A stretch of 63,992 nucleotides of DNA, the filler included, from Stramenopiles sp. TOSAG23-2 (taxonomy: Eukaryota), in the NCBI GenBank assembly GCA_900128395.1. It is 9 parts of 9 records of this genome, joined end to end, with 100 filler letters (N's around TTAATTAATTAA, not from the genome) between each part and the next. Parts side by side here need not be neighbours in the genome. Positions count along the whole stretch, not along the records: positions 7,181 to 14,236 come from LT650363.1; positions 14,337 to 21,377 come from LT650364.1; positions 21,478 to 28,510 come from LT650365.1; 6 more parts are not named here. One strand, 5' to 3'. A program made the position numbers and the translations under genes. The notes below the pieces were generated by a model that worked only from the letters and a program-made list of their open reading frames with translations, did no database searches and was not told the DNA's origin. Positions 11,028 through 21,480 of the stretch are shown here, one piece after another (within the stretch, counting starts at the first letter, position 1; each line of letters starts with the position of its first letter).

Positions 11028-14000
11028 TTACACATCAATCTCGGTTAATATAAAGCTTTTCGTAATAGCTTCTCTATCAAACATCCCCCAACTTTCGAAA
11101 GAATTGTATTCTTCTTCTTTTGTTGGTCTTGAACAAATAAATTCTTCACTATCATCGCCACCTTCCGCAATATTAGACATTTTTTTCTCATACTCTTGCT
11201 TTTCTTCCGCGCATGCATCATCCAAATTCCATAATGTTGACCACTCTGGATATTTGTAATCATCAATAGGCGCTCTATATAAAGCTGTATCAGCACATGC
11301 CCAATCGGAAGGTTCCTCATTACCAGTATTTGCCTTTCCATATTCTCCATCTTCAAAACATTCTCGGAATCCTCGAGTATCATAATTTCCTAAATCGGCT
11401 TCACATGTCACTAAACTATTTGTTGCACGGATATTGTTTTCTCCTATCAATTGTATTTTTCTTTGTACACAAGATGCTGGAGTATTTTTGTTTGAAGTAA
11501 TTTTTATTTTTATAATAACTTTGTTGACATAACCGCTAATTCCATCTTTATTAGACCAGCCATCTGAACCAATATCACCACTTACACTATCAATACTGAA
11601 AATTCCATTGCCACAATCCTGATCACCAATATATATCTTTGGATATTTACTGTTAGCTGTATTGGCTATTAGCCCCTCCAACATATCGCAACCATCTCCA
11701 GTATTACCACTGTCACAATTGTCCAAAAGTGGCAAGGCTTCTATTTTCCAATGATATTCTTTTGAAAAGCGAAAGAATTTTCTATCCTGATCAACTGTGG
11801 AAAGGTTTTATTTGTCAAAAATAGTAATTGCAAGATTTTGTGTTAGAATATTGATTGGAAAATATCATGGGGGTCGAGGAAGAACTTACTTAATTTTCTA
11901 GCTAATTTATTGCCACTATCGTCTACTTCAAAAGCCCCCGATGCTTTACAAAATGTAGCATTTCTATATCGGGTATTAGTATCCCCATCAACTATGTCTG
12001 CTTCCAGCGTGTTTACTTTATCAACTCTATGCCATATTTGATAATTATTTTCCGTTGCACGTACTGCAAAACGATGCATTCTATATTTAGCACTTGATCC
12101 AAATGTAAATGGGTAATTATGAAATAATCTACAAATAGGGACATTTACACGATCCTGACCACCTGTTAAAAGTTCTGTTTCATCATACGTATAACAAATG
12201 CTATGTTTTTCCCACCAAGTTTTAATTCGTATTTCTATAGGTGGAATAGTGCATCTCATACCATTATAACCTTTCAAGCATAAAGAACGTTTTGTTTTCA
12301 TCACTTTATTAGTATGAAATGCTACCATTCCCGTATTAATTGATTCGAATGAATCAATCTTGGAATTGTAACGCTCCCATTTGTTGTTCAAATAATAGAA
12401 CCCGTCCATTCTTCCTTCTGTAATACTTCTTAAGTTGGTTCTTTTTGTACGAAAGTCAAAATAATTAACATTTACATGCAAATGTCTTATCCGTTCCACA
12501 TATGTTTTTATTTCATCTTCAAGCCAGTTGTGTGTTATAGCCTTATTACATTCTTCAAATTTCGTGTTGGTGGTACAGTGATACATATTTTTCTGATGTC
12601 CAACCGAATTAATAACATGAAGTTCACCACAAATAATGCAATAAGTCTTTAACGACTCGTCTATTTCAACGGAAATATCATTGTCGACTACCCACGCACC
12701 CAAATAGTCATTATAATATAATATCTCTACACGATGTATCATATTATTCATAATATCTGGTTTTGTATTAAAGTAAATAGGATCTGGATTGTACAGTCTT
12801 TTATCTGTGCTACCCAATAACGAAAACCTAGGCCCCGCAATAACATTATTGACAGCTTTGAGGCCTTTAATTTCTAGATAAGGTGCCGGTTTTCTATATT
12901 GGCAGTCTACTCCCCTATAATCACTATCACAATTACATACTGACTCATCGGCATTACATTTTCCTAACGCACGGAAGTTGCAAGTTGTGTCCGCATGCTC
13001 ATCCGAATCGCATTCTTTGCATTTAATGGTTAAAGCAGTTGTAATTAAGCCACCACTAGATTCCTCAAGTGTCCATGTTAAATCTTCATCGTTTGTTGGG
13101 TCAAAACGTTTTGTCTTTGCACTCCATGCAATTGGTTTATGAACATCACAAAGGCTTACATCATGGCCACTTTTGATAAAACAATTATCTACATAACTAT
13201 CGGAATAAAAGCCCCATCTGTTATTGTTCCAAAGCAATTTATATTTTGTATTTTGATAGGTGGAACTGTCAGAATTATCAAATAAGACAGTTGACTGTTG
13301 TACATATATTGGGTACGAAGTCCCAGGATCTCGTGCCTTGGTATATTTATAGATACCTCCCAGCGACATTGAAGTTTGTACTTTCAAATCAACAGTAACC
13401 TCGATGGTGCCACAAAGCCACGTACCCGATTCTTGACTAGTCATAACTATAAAATACCACACTATAAAGGGAGAGAGAGTCAATAAACTAGTGCCTACTC
13501 TGATGTATGGATTTTCTCCTGCCCACCGTTTTCTATGAGGCTTTTCCAATTTTGTTACTATTGCTACGTGTTGAACTCCAAGGCCAAACCAACCAAAATT
13601 GATGCATTCGTAAACTACTGAATCAAGTTGACAAAGAAAGGTAACTGCTGTAAAATCTTTAATCATTTCTACAATTTCATCTTGAGTAATTATTGTTACC
13701 CCACAAGCCAAAATGGTTAACATTCCATTTGTAAAACGGCAAAAGTTCCAGAACCGGTCACCCCAAGAATCGTCGCTACCACATTCAATTATACTGTTGT
13801 AAATTTCTTCTGCAGTGAGAAATGTTGTATATACAGCAGCAACTATTTGTGCTACTCTGAAATCCACACTGACTGCTGCTGGTATTTGTTCCCACCATGA
13901 CATTGTAGGGTCATTCACTGGCAAAGAATCATTAAATATCTCGTTTGTAAACAATATCAACGCTAAGCATTCGACAATAAAAAGATCGTAGTATTTTTCA

Positions 14001-14236
14001 TCCATCATTTCCGCTAGACTAAATATATCATTTGGTAGTTTATGTGCATGTTTCATAAAATCTTTTTGATTTATAGTATATTTTGCAGAGATATCTTTTT
14101 GACTTTCCTCTGTTGATAAATTAGCTTGCCCCTTTTCCTTTGTAGTATTACCTGGCTCTGCATCAAGTGCAGAGTTATTTTCCTCATTTTCAACTACTAC
14201 TATGTATGATTTTGTTGATGCTGTTGTTTCAAACAA
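11028..14236 (-). CDS. Large multi-pass membrane protein with EGF-like Cys module and extracellular tail; 5'-truncated by the scaffold end and frame-disrupted near 11735-11850
   Basis: ORF 11843-14236 has several TM segments, then CNFRALGKC...CNCDSDYRGVDC (EGF-like). ORF 11028-11735 continues with similar Cys-containing sequence and lacks its own ATG. Confidence 0.6.
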
Positions 14237-14366
14237 NNNNNNNNNNNNNNNNNNNNNNNNNNNNNNNNNNNNNNNNNNNNTTAATTAATTAANNNNNNNN
14301 NNNNNNNNNNNNNNNNNNNNNNNNNNNNNNNNNNNNTATAATTTACGCATTAATTTATTTTTAATT

Positions 14367-14710
14367 TACTCATGATAATTCCTACTCTTCAAAAGAATAA
14401 AATAACTGAAATAATCTATCTCACACTAGTGTGTTGATATTCTCGTAATCGAAAATACCAATGAAAGGTGTAAATAGATAGTATCAACTACTCATAATAG
14501 CTGATGGAAAACGGACATCATAGTTTATGATATATATATCATACTCATGATAATTCCTACTCTTCAAAGAATACACAATAACTGAGACAATAAATATCTA
14601 TCTCACACTAGTATAGTGTCGATATTCTCATATAAGAGAATACCAATGAAGGTCAATAGATGATACAAACTTCGTATCAACTTGCAGTTGATGAAAAACG
14701 GACATCATTA
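14367..14710 (+). repeat. Diverged ~175-bp tandem repeat (2 copies)
   Basis: tactcatgataattcctactcttcaaa...tctatctcacactagt...aataccaatgaa...aaaacggacatcat starts at 14367 and at 14542. Confidence 0.8.
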
Positions 14711-14882
14711 CTTAGATTTTAACCATCATATTATACATGATATGCACCATATGTGAATATTTATCCACATTTTTCTAATTATTAAAAAAAAAAAATAAAA
14801 TAAAATCGGCCTTTTCATTTTGGAGAGAACCAGGAGAAGAGGAATTACAACACGAGTAAATTTAATATAAAAGAGCAAAATT

Positions 14883-15566
14883 TTAATACTCAATTTCCTT
14901 GAAAGCTAGTTTCCTTCTCATTTCAAGGAGTTTCTTTTGTCCTTGTGCCATCTTTTCCTCCGAATAGTGCAACGGTTCATTCATTTGTAAGATTTCCTTG
15001 GGATGTTTCTTATTTTTGTTTGATACAGAAGCCGGCATTGCAGTATGGCTTTTTTCACTTTTTTGCACAGAGCTAGAAGAGCTTGAAGACAGTAACACTT
15101 CAAGTTTTTTTTTATATGTTTGATTTAGTGCCAAATTATCTTCTACTAATTTATGAATACTATTAATGGTTTCGTGCAATATTACATATTTAGTTGTTGG
15201 TATATGCCCATTTGTAAATGGTGTTATAACTTCTCGTAACATCGAAAATAATTGAGACAAATCCCTTTGCCTTTTTCGTTCTTGAGAATTGCGATTCATG
15301 CGTTGTTGTTCCGGTGTTAATATTTTTGCTTTCTTCCGCTTTCCCCGCATTTGTTTAGTTGTAGATTGTGACCGTAATCGTTTCCCTTTCTTCCCTTTTG
15401 CCCCTTCTGCATTTGTGTCATTTATGCTCGTCGTGGTTATTGCTAGAAAATGCAGCCCATGTTTTTTTTTCCCCGTTGATTTATTATTTGTCACCGAATT
15501 TCTATTTGAGACTGTTGTTGCCCTTCTTTTTTTTTCTAGCCAATCGATCGTGATTTTTTTTTTCAT
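14883..15566 (-). CDS. bHLH(-zipper) transcription factor
   Basis: RMNRNSQERKRQRDLSQLFSMLREVI...TTKYVILHETINSIHKL followed by a short leucine zipper. Confidence 0.85.
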   Translation of the reverse strand: MKKKITIDWLEKKRRATTVSNRNSVTNNKSTGKKKHGLHFLAITTTSINDTNAEGAKGKKGKRLRSQSTTKQMRGKRKKAKILTPEQQRMNRNSQERKRQRDLSQLFSMLREVITPFTNGHIPTTKYVILHETINSIHKLVEDNLALNQTYKKKLEVLLSSSSSSSVQKSEKSHTAMPASVSNKNKKHPKEILQMNEPLHYSEEKMAQGQKKLLEMRRKLAFKEIEY

Positions 15567-16285
15567 ATTATAATATTATATTATAACAGTAAATTGGTGG
15601 AACTAATTGGAGCTTCTTATGAAAATGTTAAATGAATATTGTGTATGAATATGTATCGTTGTGTCTACTTTTGTTGTTTACTTATAAATGATATTATCCA
15701 ATATGTGTACATATTTCTCGACAGTTGTTGGGCCACATTTGATGCAATACACATTTTATTATGCACTATTGGTATGGTCAGGGTATACTAATACCAGGTA
15801 TTATAATAGCTATTACAGGTATAATACCAAAACGAAGAAGATGAAAGTGCACCACAATACTGCATGCAGCATTCCTGTGGCATTTCTATACTGTACTGTA
15901 CCTATTAGCATGCCTTAGCATGCATTTCTATTCTGTACTGTACCTGTATTAGCTATAGTCTACCAGGCATCTGGCATTGCAACCATTAGCTATTATTTCC
16001 ACACAGAGCATTCCAGGATTCCAGGCATTCTGGCATTCAAATTCGCACCTTAACCCTTAACCTCCTCTCTGTTCTCTGTATGTTTATTAAATGTATAATG
16101 ATGAATTAAATAATACAGCTTTATTTCCATTTATATCACGTAATAATAGTATATTAATTATGTATTGCCAATTTAAATTGTCATACAGCCAAACAATAAA
16201 TAAATAAATATATTAATAACAAATCAATCATCAGACATTGGGTTTTCAAAATACATCCATATCACGGCACCCATCGTCTACCAAC

Positions 16286-17494
16286 ATGACAGATTATAAC
16301 GTGAATAATTGGTTGACGCCACCGTACAATCGGAAAGCATTTCAATTTGTACAAACGTTATTTCCAACTGTATGCATTTCACGTGGAAATGAAAATACTT
16401 CAACTTTAGAAACATCATTAGACAGACAAAATGAAATATTAAACATTTCATATCCTTTTATTGCAGGTGCAAGAACTGTAAATGATTTTTTAGAAGATAC
16501 AGAAACTGATGCATTTATTGTGTTAAAAGATGGAATTGTAGTTGCAGAAAAGTATTACAACGGCATGGAACCATATTCAAAACATTTAATGAACTCTGTT
16601 AGTAAAACATTTTGTGGCATGGTTGCTGGTATCTGTATAAAAAAGGGGGTCATTGATGCTTCAAAAAAGATATCTTTTTATGTACCTGAGTTTGCCAATA
16701 CAGCGTTTCGTAATGCAACTGTCCAACATTGCTTAGATTTTACTGCTGCAGTGAAATACGATGAAAAGTACCAAGACGATGATTTTAATTTATTAGATGA
16801 ACATTTTACACGCGAAACTGCAGTGGTTGGATGGAGACCAGATCTTGTAAATTCATCCACTCCAAAAACGTTGAAAGATTTTGCTACTAGTTTAAAAGCA
16901 ATTGATGGTGACCATAAAGACGGTGATCATTTTCATTATCGCACTGTTATGACCAATATTGTTGCAATGGTAATTGAGAGTGCAACTGGTAAGAAATTCG
17001 CAGAGTTATTACAAGATAAAATATGGAGAAAGATGGGATGTGAACAAGATGCTGTAGTAGTTGTTGATTCAAGTGGCTTTCCATATATGGGCGCAGGAAT
17101 GAATGCGTCAGCGAGAGATTTAGCTAGATTTGGTCAATTATTAATTAATGATGGGTATTACAACGGCCAACAAATTGTCCCATCGGAATTTATTTCGGAA
17201 ACACGAAATGGAAATGATACGTTGAGATCTCATTTTAAGAAAAACAAGAAGTTTGCTGGATTGATGGGTGGCAATGGACATTATCACAATCAAACATGGT
17301 GTGATCGAGATTCTGCTACACTTGCATGTATTGGAATTTATGGCCAGACCATATATGCAGATCAAAAAGCTCGAGTTGTTGTTGTAAAATTAAGTACACA
17401 CTTAGGACCAGCTGACACAACAAAAATTAGTGAAGCGTTCTTTGCATCAAGAGCTATTTGTGCACATTTAAAAGGTACAAGTGCAAAATTGTAA
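16286..17494 (+). CDS. Serine hydrolase, 6-aminohexanoate-dimer hydrolase (NylB)/class C beta-lactamase-like, with C-terminal PTS1 (AKL)
   Basis: NWLTPPYNRKAFQ N-terminus, catalytic SVSK (SxxK), FHYRT, ASARDLARFGQL, GIYGQTIY; first ATG at 16286. Confidence 0.88.
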   Translation: MTDYNVNNWLTPPYNRKAFQFVQTLFPTVCISRGNENTSTLETSLDRQNEILNISYPFIAGARTVNDFLEDTETDAFIVLKDGIVVAEKYYNGMEPYSKHLMNSVSKTFCGMVAGICIKKGVIDASKKISFYVPEFANTAFRNATVQHCLDFTAAVKYDEKYQDDDFNLLDEHFTRETAVVGWRPDLVNSSTPKTLKDFATSLKAIDGDHKDGDHFHYRTVMTNIVAMVIESATGKKFAELLQDKIWRKMGCEQDAVVVVDSSGFPYMGAGMNASARDLARFGQLLINDGYYNGQQIVPSEFISETRNGNDTLRSHFKKNKKFAGLMGGNGHYHNQTWCDRDSATLACIGIYGQTIYADQKARVVVVKLSTHLGPADTTKISEAFFASRAICAHLKGTSAKL

Positions 17495-17839
17495 ATATTA
17501 CAGCCAGTGTACCATTGTTTAGTATAAATACGTATCTGATGTATTCGTCGTAAATATGATGATCTAATATATTTTTTTATTTTTGTACGAAGTCGTTGTT
17601 TTCTATTTTTTTATTTACGGACTCCGTGCACCCGTATTTATAATAATAGCAACTCTCGCTATTCTTCGCGGTATTTATAATATCTTATATAATTATTGGA
17701 ATGATACACAAAATATAATATATCTCTAGACTATATATATATATATACGTATGACTTTATGGAATAAATACAAAATATACCTTCAAGGTAATAGTAGATT
17801 GAAAATTTTTACGGTCTTACCATATAATTATATACAACT

Positions 17840-18710
17840 ATGCAACGAGCAATCATATCGAAAAAAATAAACAATCTATTGTTAAGAAACAATGCTTCCC
17901 GTATAGTTAATTATTTTTCTACTGCAAATGGTAAGACTGAAATTAATAATAATTTCCTAGTTACTGAAACAGTTGGTAATATTTGTATATTAAAAATGGC
18001 AAAAGCGCCAGTTAATACATTTGATATTGATATGATGAATTTATTTCAAAATAAGATTGTAGAATTAGAAGAGGATCCTCATATTCAAGGTTTAGTCTTA
18101 ACTTCAGCCTATGACGGAATATTTAGTGCAGGTTTGGATTTGAAATATTTAGCAAATCCAACTCCATCTGATTTTAAGCTGTTTTGGAGTACATTTGAAA
18201 GCATGTGGAAGACGCTTTATTTAACACCATTAGCAACAGTTGCTGCAATTAACGGAAGTTCCCCTGCACTTGGGGCTGTTATGGCACTATCCACTGATTA
18301 TCGGATTTTTGTCTCAAATCCTAAATTCAAATTTGGTCTGAATGAAACTTCACTTGGTATGATTCCACCTTTATGGCTTCAGGAGATGACAGCTCGAACG
18401 ATTGGAGTGGTTGGCTGAGTTGCATTTAGGTCACAGTTCAATGGTTTCACCAGAAGATGCATTGCGAATTGGATATGTTGATGAATTGTCAACTTCTGAT
18501 GCATTGTTGGATGCAGCTACAAAAAAATGTTCCAACTTTACTAAAATACCAATTGGTTCAAGATCTGATTATAAAATGTATCAACGTAAAGCTATTGGAG
18601 ACATGGCAGGCCAAGCATCTGTTGATATGATGGCTGAAAATATCTTAGGAGATGAATTTCAATTAACAATTAAAAAAATTATGGATGGCTTGAAGAAGAA
18701 GAAAAAGTAA
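17840..18710 (+). CDS. ECI1: Mitochondrial enoyl-CoA delta-isomerase (crotonase fold), split by a frameshift near 18405
   Basis: Mitochondrial-type leader, PVNT, FSAGLDL, AAINGSSPALG, GLNETSLG; continues in another frame as AELHL...PEDALRIGYVDEL. Confidence 0.85.
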
Positions 18711-18891
18711 AAAATGGAGAGATCTAGAACAAGGAAAGAGTGCGCTTATAGTTGAAAACACGGAAACAAACATTTTTGTCGCATAAAAGCAAATAAGTTA
18801 TTTTTATATGTACGTATATTTTTATGATCGTAAAATATAATACGTATGATATTGTATTTTTAATTTTATTGGATGTTGTCGATCCGTGTCC

Positions 18892-21228
18892 CTATAATTT
18901 ATATTCTACATTTTTTCTCTTGCCAAGTGCCTTGGTGCGGATGGGGGGTGGTGGCTTTCTTTCTCTAATTTCGACAATCACAGACACTACAGTAGATGCA
19001 AAGACAATGAAATCTGTTTCTGGATTGATTTCATAGAATCTTCCACCAGCTGTTAGAAAATATAATCGCGTGATATCAAATTTCATGCTACCATTTAAAT
19101 ACTTCCTACCTGTGCGATAAAAGCGTTGTTCGATTTCAACATAACTTTCGCTCACTATATCACTTATAACTGATAATAAAACGCTGTGGCTAGATATTGG
19201 CAATAAATCTAATGATCTTGGAGTATTTAATGCCCTGGGTCGGCTTTCTACAATTTCTCGCGCGTCTTTATCTTTTAATAATCGATGTTGTTGATATTTA
19301 CTAGATCTGTATGCATCGTCTTGATCATTTTTTAAATTTGTTGCATTAAATCTGAATTTTAATGACGCTTTTGGAACAATGTAAACAGGAATATCTCTCT
19401 TCTCTTGGCATGCAAGGGAATGCAATGCGTGTCCTGGTACAGGCGCTGCAGCAACAGTAGATATTAATTGCTCCTCAACAGTTTTAACATCGTTCATAAT
19501 GTCTTTTAAAGTTGATCCTGGAGGTTTGTCACTTAATGTCGTTGACAATAAGTTAGCATCTTTGCCACCATCTCCATCCAAACGTAAATTGCCTCTACTA
19601 AGATTCTTTTTCAAAGACCGTACACTACGCCTTCCATGGTTCCTATTATTTGTATTATTAGTGTCATTTTCAGCCTTTAATTCATAATAAATAGATCGTA
19701 AACTTCGTGGTGCACCATTTTTAGTAGTTGTAGTTTTTGAGGATGGAGATGCTTGTCGACTTATTAGAGTGTCATTATTGCTATTGTTATTATTATTGTT
19801 ATTACCATTATCGTCAACACCAGGGAAAAAATAATCGTAAACGGTATCAAATATTTTTGTATCCGATATATTGGAAGCTTTCAGCTTTCTTCGTATTCGC
19901 AAATATGGTGCTTTCTCTACTTGCTCAGCAAGAGGTTCTCTCTCTTTCTCTTTTTCCATTAAAAATTGCTTTTTTAACATTTTTCGCCTCTTTTTCATCA
20001 TCTTTTTCTGCTTTTTCATCATCTTCTTTTGCTTCTTTAAATCATCCTCGCGTTTATATTTATCATCAATTGCTTTCTTTTTCCCTTCCCATATCTTTCT
20101 TTGCATAATATACCGAGCTTTATCTTTTTGCCCTTTTTTAAAATATTTTGCTTTTCCAGCATCACTAAGTTTTTTCCATTTTGATGCAATTAACCTACTT
20201 AAATCACCAAATGATATATCTGGGTTGGCATCTTTTACGGGGTTGCGTACATCTTGTACATAATACATATATGGCGCAGCTGGTCGTTTTGGAGGATCTG
20301 GGTATTCATCCTCCCTTTTCCTTTCTCGCCTTCTTCTCTTACGCCTTTTCTTCTTTCTTTCTTTTCTTTTCTTCTTCTTCGCTATCATCTTTTGTACTAC
20401 CTTTTTATGTTGCCATTCTTTAGATTTCATAATTTTTTTCAATCTTTTCTTTACAAATTGTTGAACTTTTTTATCTTTTCCTATCCATGCCTCGTCTTCA
20501 GAATCAAATTCTGATTCAGATTCTGATTCAGAGGATTCATCGGAGTCAGAGTATTCAGAATCAGACTCCGATTCCGAGGATGAGTCAGAAGATTGTTCGT
20601 CTGATAATGCTTCTCCTTCTTCAGATGAACCTTCTTCTTCAGATGATGATTCTTCTTCCTCCTCTCCTGAATCGTCTTCCTCTTCCTCTGAATCCTCTCC
20701 TTCGTCGTCGTCATCATCTTCAGATGACTCTTCTGCTTCTTTCTCCTCTATCTGATCTATATCCATATCGACGTTTAATGTCTTTTTTTTCAATTTTTTA
20801 TTTGACATTTGATTTCCATTTACATGCCCATTCGACTTTTTTCTCGCCAATGGTGGTGATGGTGTGTATTTTCTTTTCTTTTTTGTTTGATTTCGTATGA
20901 TATATTTTTTCTTATACTGTATCTCACTACCACCAGGTATTGGTACTTCTTCTACGGTACCTAATCGTTTTAAATCATATACAGCTTGAATCATTTGACT
21001 TCTTGTATATTTTTTAATCCAATTATATTCCATAGCCCGTTTATAAATTTCTGCTGTAGTTAAAGGAAGGTTTGATCTTTGTAAAATGTCGGTAACCACA
21101 CTACGTTTATCTAATTTTTTTGAAAAAACTTGTAGTAAGTCATTGCTATTATTATTATTATTTAATTTCAACGTTGGTGGCTTTCGCTTTTTTTTAATTT
21201 GTACTCTCTTTCGTCCCACCCTTCCCAT
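18892..21228 (-). CDS. HMG-box chromatin protein with putative N-terminal winged helix and acidic/basic tracts
   Basis: PKRPAAPYMYY...NPDISFGDLSRLIASKWKKLSDAGKAKY...DKARY is an HMG box; ILQRSNLPLTTAEIY...VYDLKRLGTV resembles a winged helix. Confidence 0.85.
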   Translation of the reverse strand: MGRVGRKRVQIKKKRKPPTLKLNNNNNSNDLLQVFSKKLDKRSVVTDILQRSNLPLTTAEIYKRAMEYNWIKKYTRSQMIQAVYDLKRLGTVEEVPIPGGSEIQYKKKYIIRNQTKKKRKYTPSPPLARKKSNGHVNGNQMSNKKLKKKTLNVDMDIDQIEEKEAEESSEDDDDDEGEDSEEEEDDSGEEEEESSSEEEGSSEEGEALSDEQSSDSSSESESDSEYSDSDESSESESESEFDSEDEAWIGKDKKVQQFVKKRLKKIMKSKEWQHKKVVQKMIAKKKKRKERKKKRRKRRRRERKREDEYPDPPKRPAAPYMYYVQDVRNPVKDANPDISFGDLSRLIASKWKKLSDAGKAKYFKKGQKDKARYIMQRKIWEGKKKAIDDKYKREDDLKKQKKMMKKQKKMMKKRRKMLKKQFLMEKEKEREPLAEQVEKAPYLRIRRKLKASNISDTKIFDTVYDYFFPGVDDNGNNNNNNNSNNDTLISRQASPSSKTTTTKNGAPRSLRSIYYELKAENDTNNTNNRNHGRRSVRSLKKNLSRGNLRLDGDGGKDANLLSTTLSDKPPGSTLKDIMNDVKTVEEQLISTVAAAPVPGHALHSLACQEKRDIPVYIVPKASLKFRFNATNLKNDQDDAYRSSKYQQHRLLKDKDAREIVESRPRALNTPRSLDLLPISSHSVLLSVISDIVSESYVEIEQRFYRTGRKYLNGSMKFDITRLYFLTAGGRFYEINPETDFIVFASTVVSVIVEIRERKPPPPIRTKALGKRKNVEYKL

Positions 21229-21480
21229 ATTTTCTATCTATCCTCTTCGTAGGCGTATGTATGTGTTTAAATATTTAATATCTGTATCTATGTATACAGT
21301 ATTTCTGTGAAGTATTTCTATTACGTGAACATTAATGAATGTCTCTCTCTATCTATCTATATATGTCTATCTATTATNNNNNNNNNNNNNNNNNNNNNNN
21401 NNNNNNNNNNNNNNNNNNNNNTTAATTAATTAANNNNNNNNNNNNNNNNNNNNNNNNNNNNNNNNNNNNNNNNNNNNAAG

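Noticed and set aside
11735-11850. In-frame stops as evidence of an alternative genetic code
   Set aside because: Conserved genes here end at TAA, TAG or TGA normally and have no internal stops; this break needs frameshifts, so it is an error or decay.
16048-16062. ccttaacccttaacc as a telomeric repeat
   Set aside because: Only two units and internal to a scaffold.
18395-18425. ECI1 frameshift as programmed frameshifting or a pseudogene
   Set aside because: No slippery site or plausible intron; both halves are well conserved, so a small sequencing or assembly indel is more likely.
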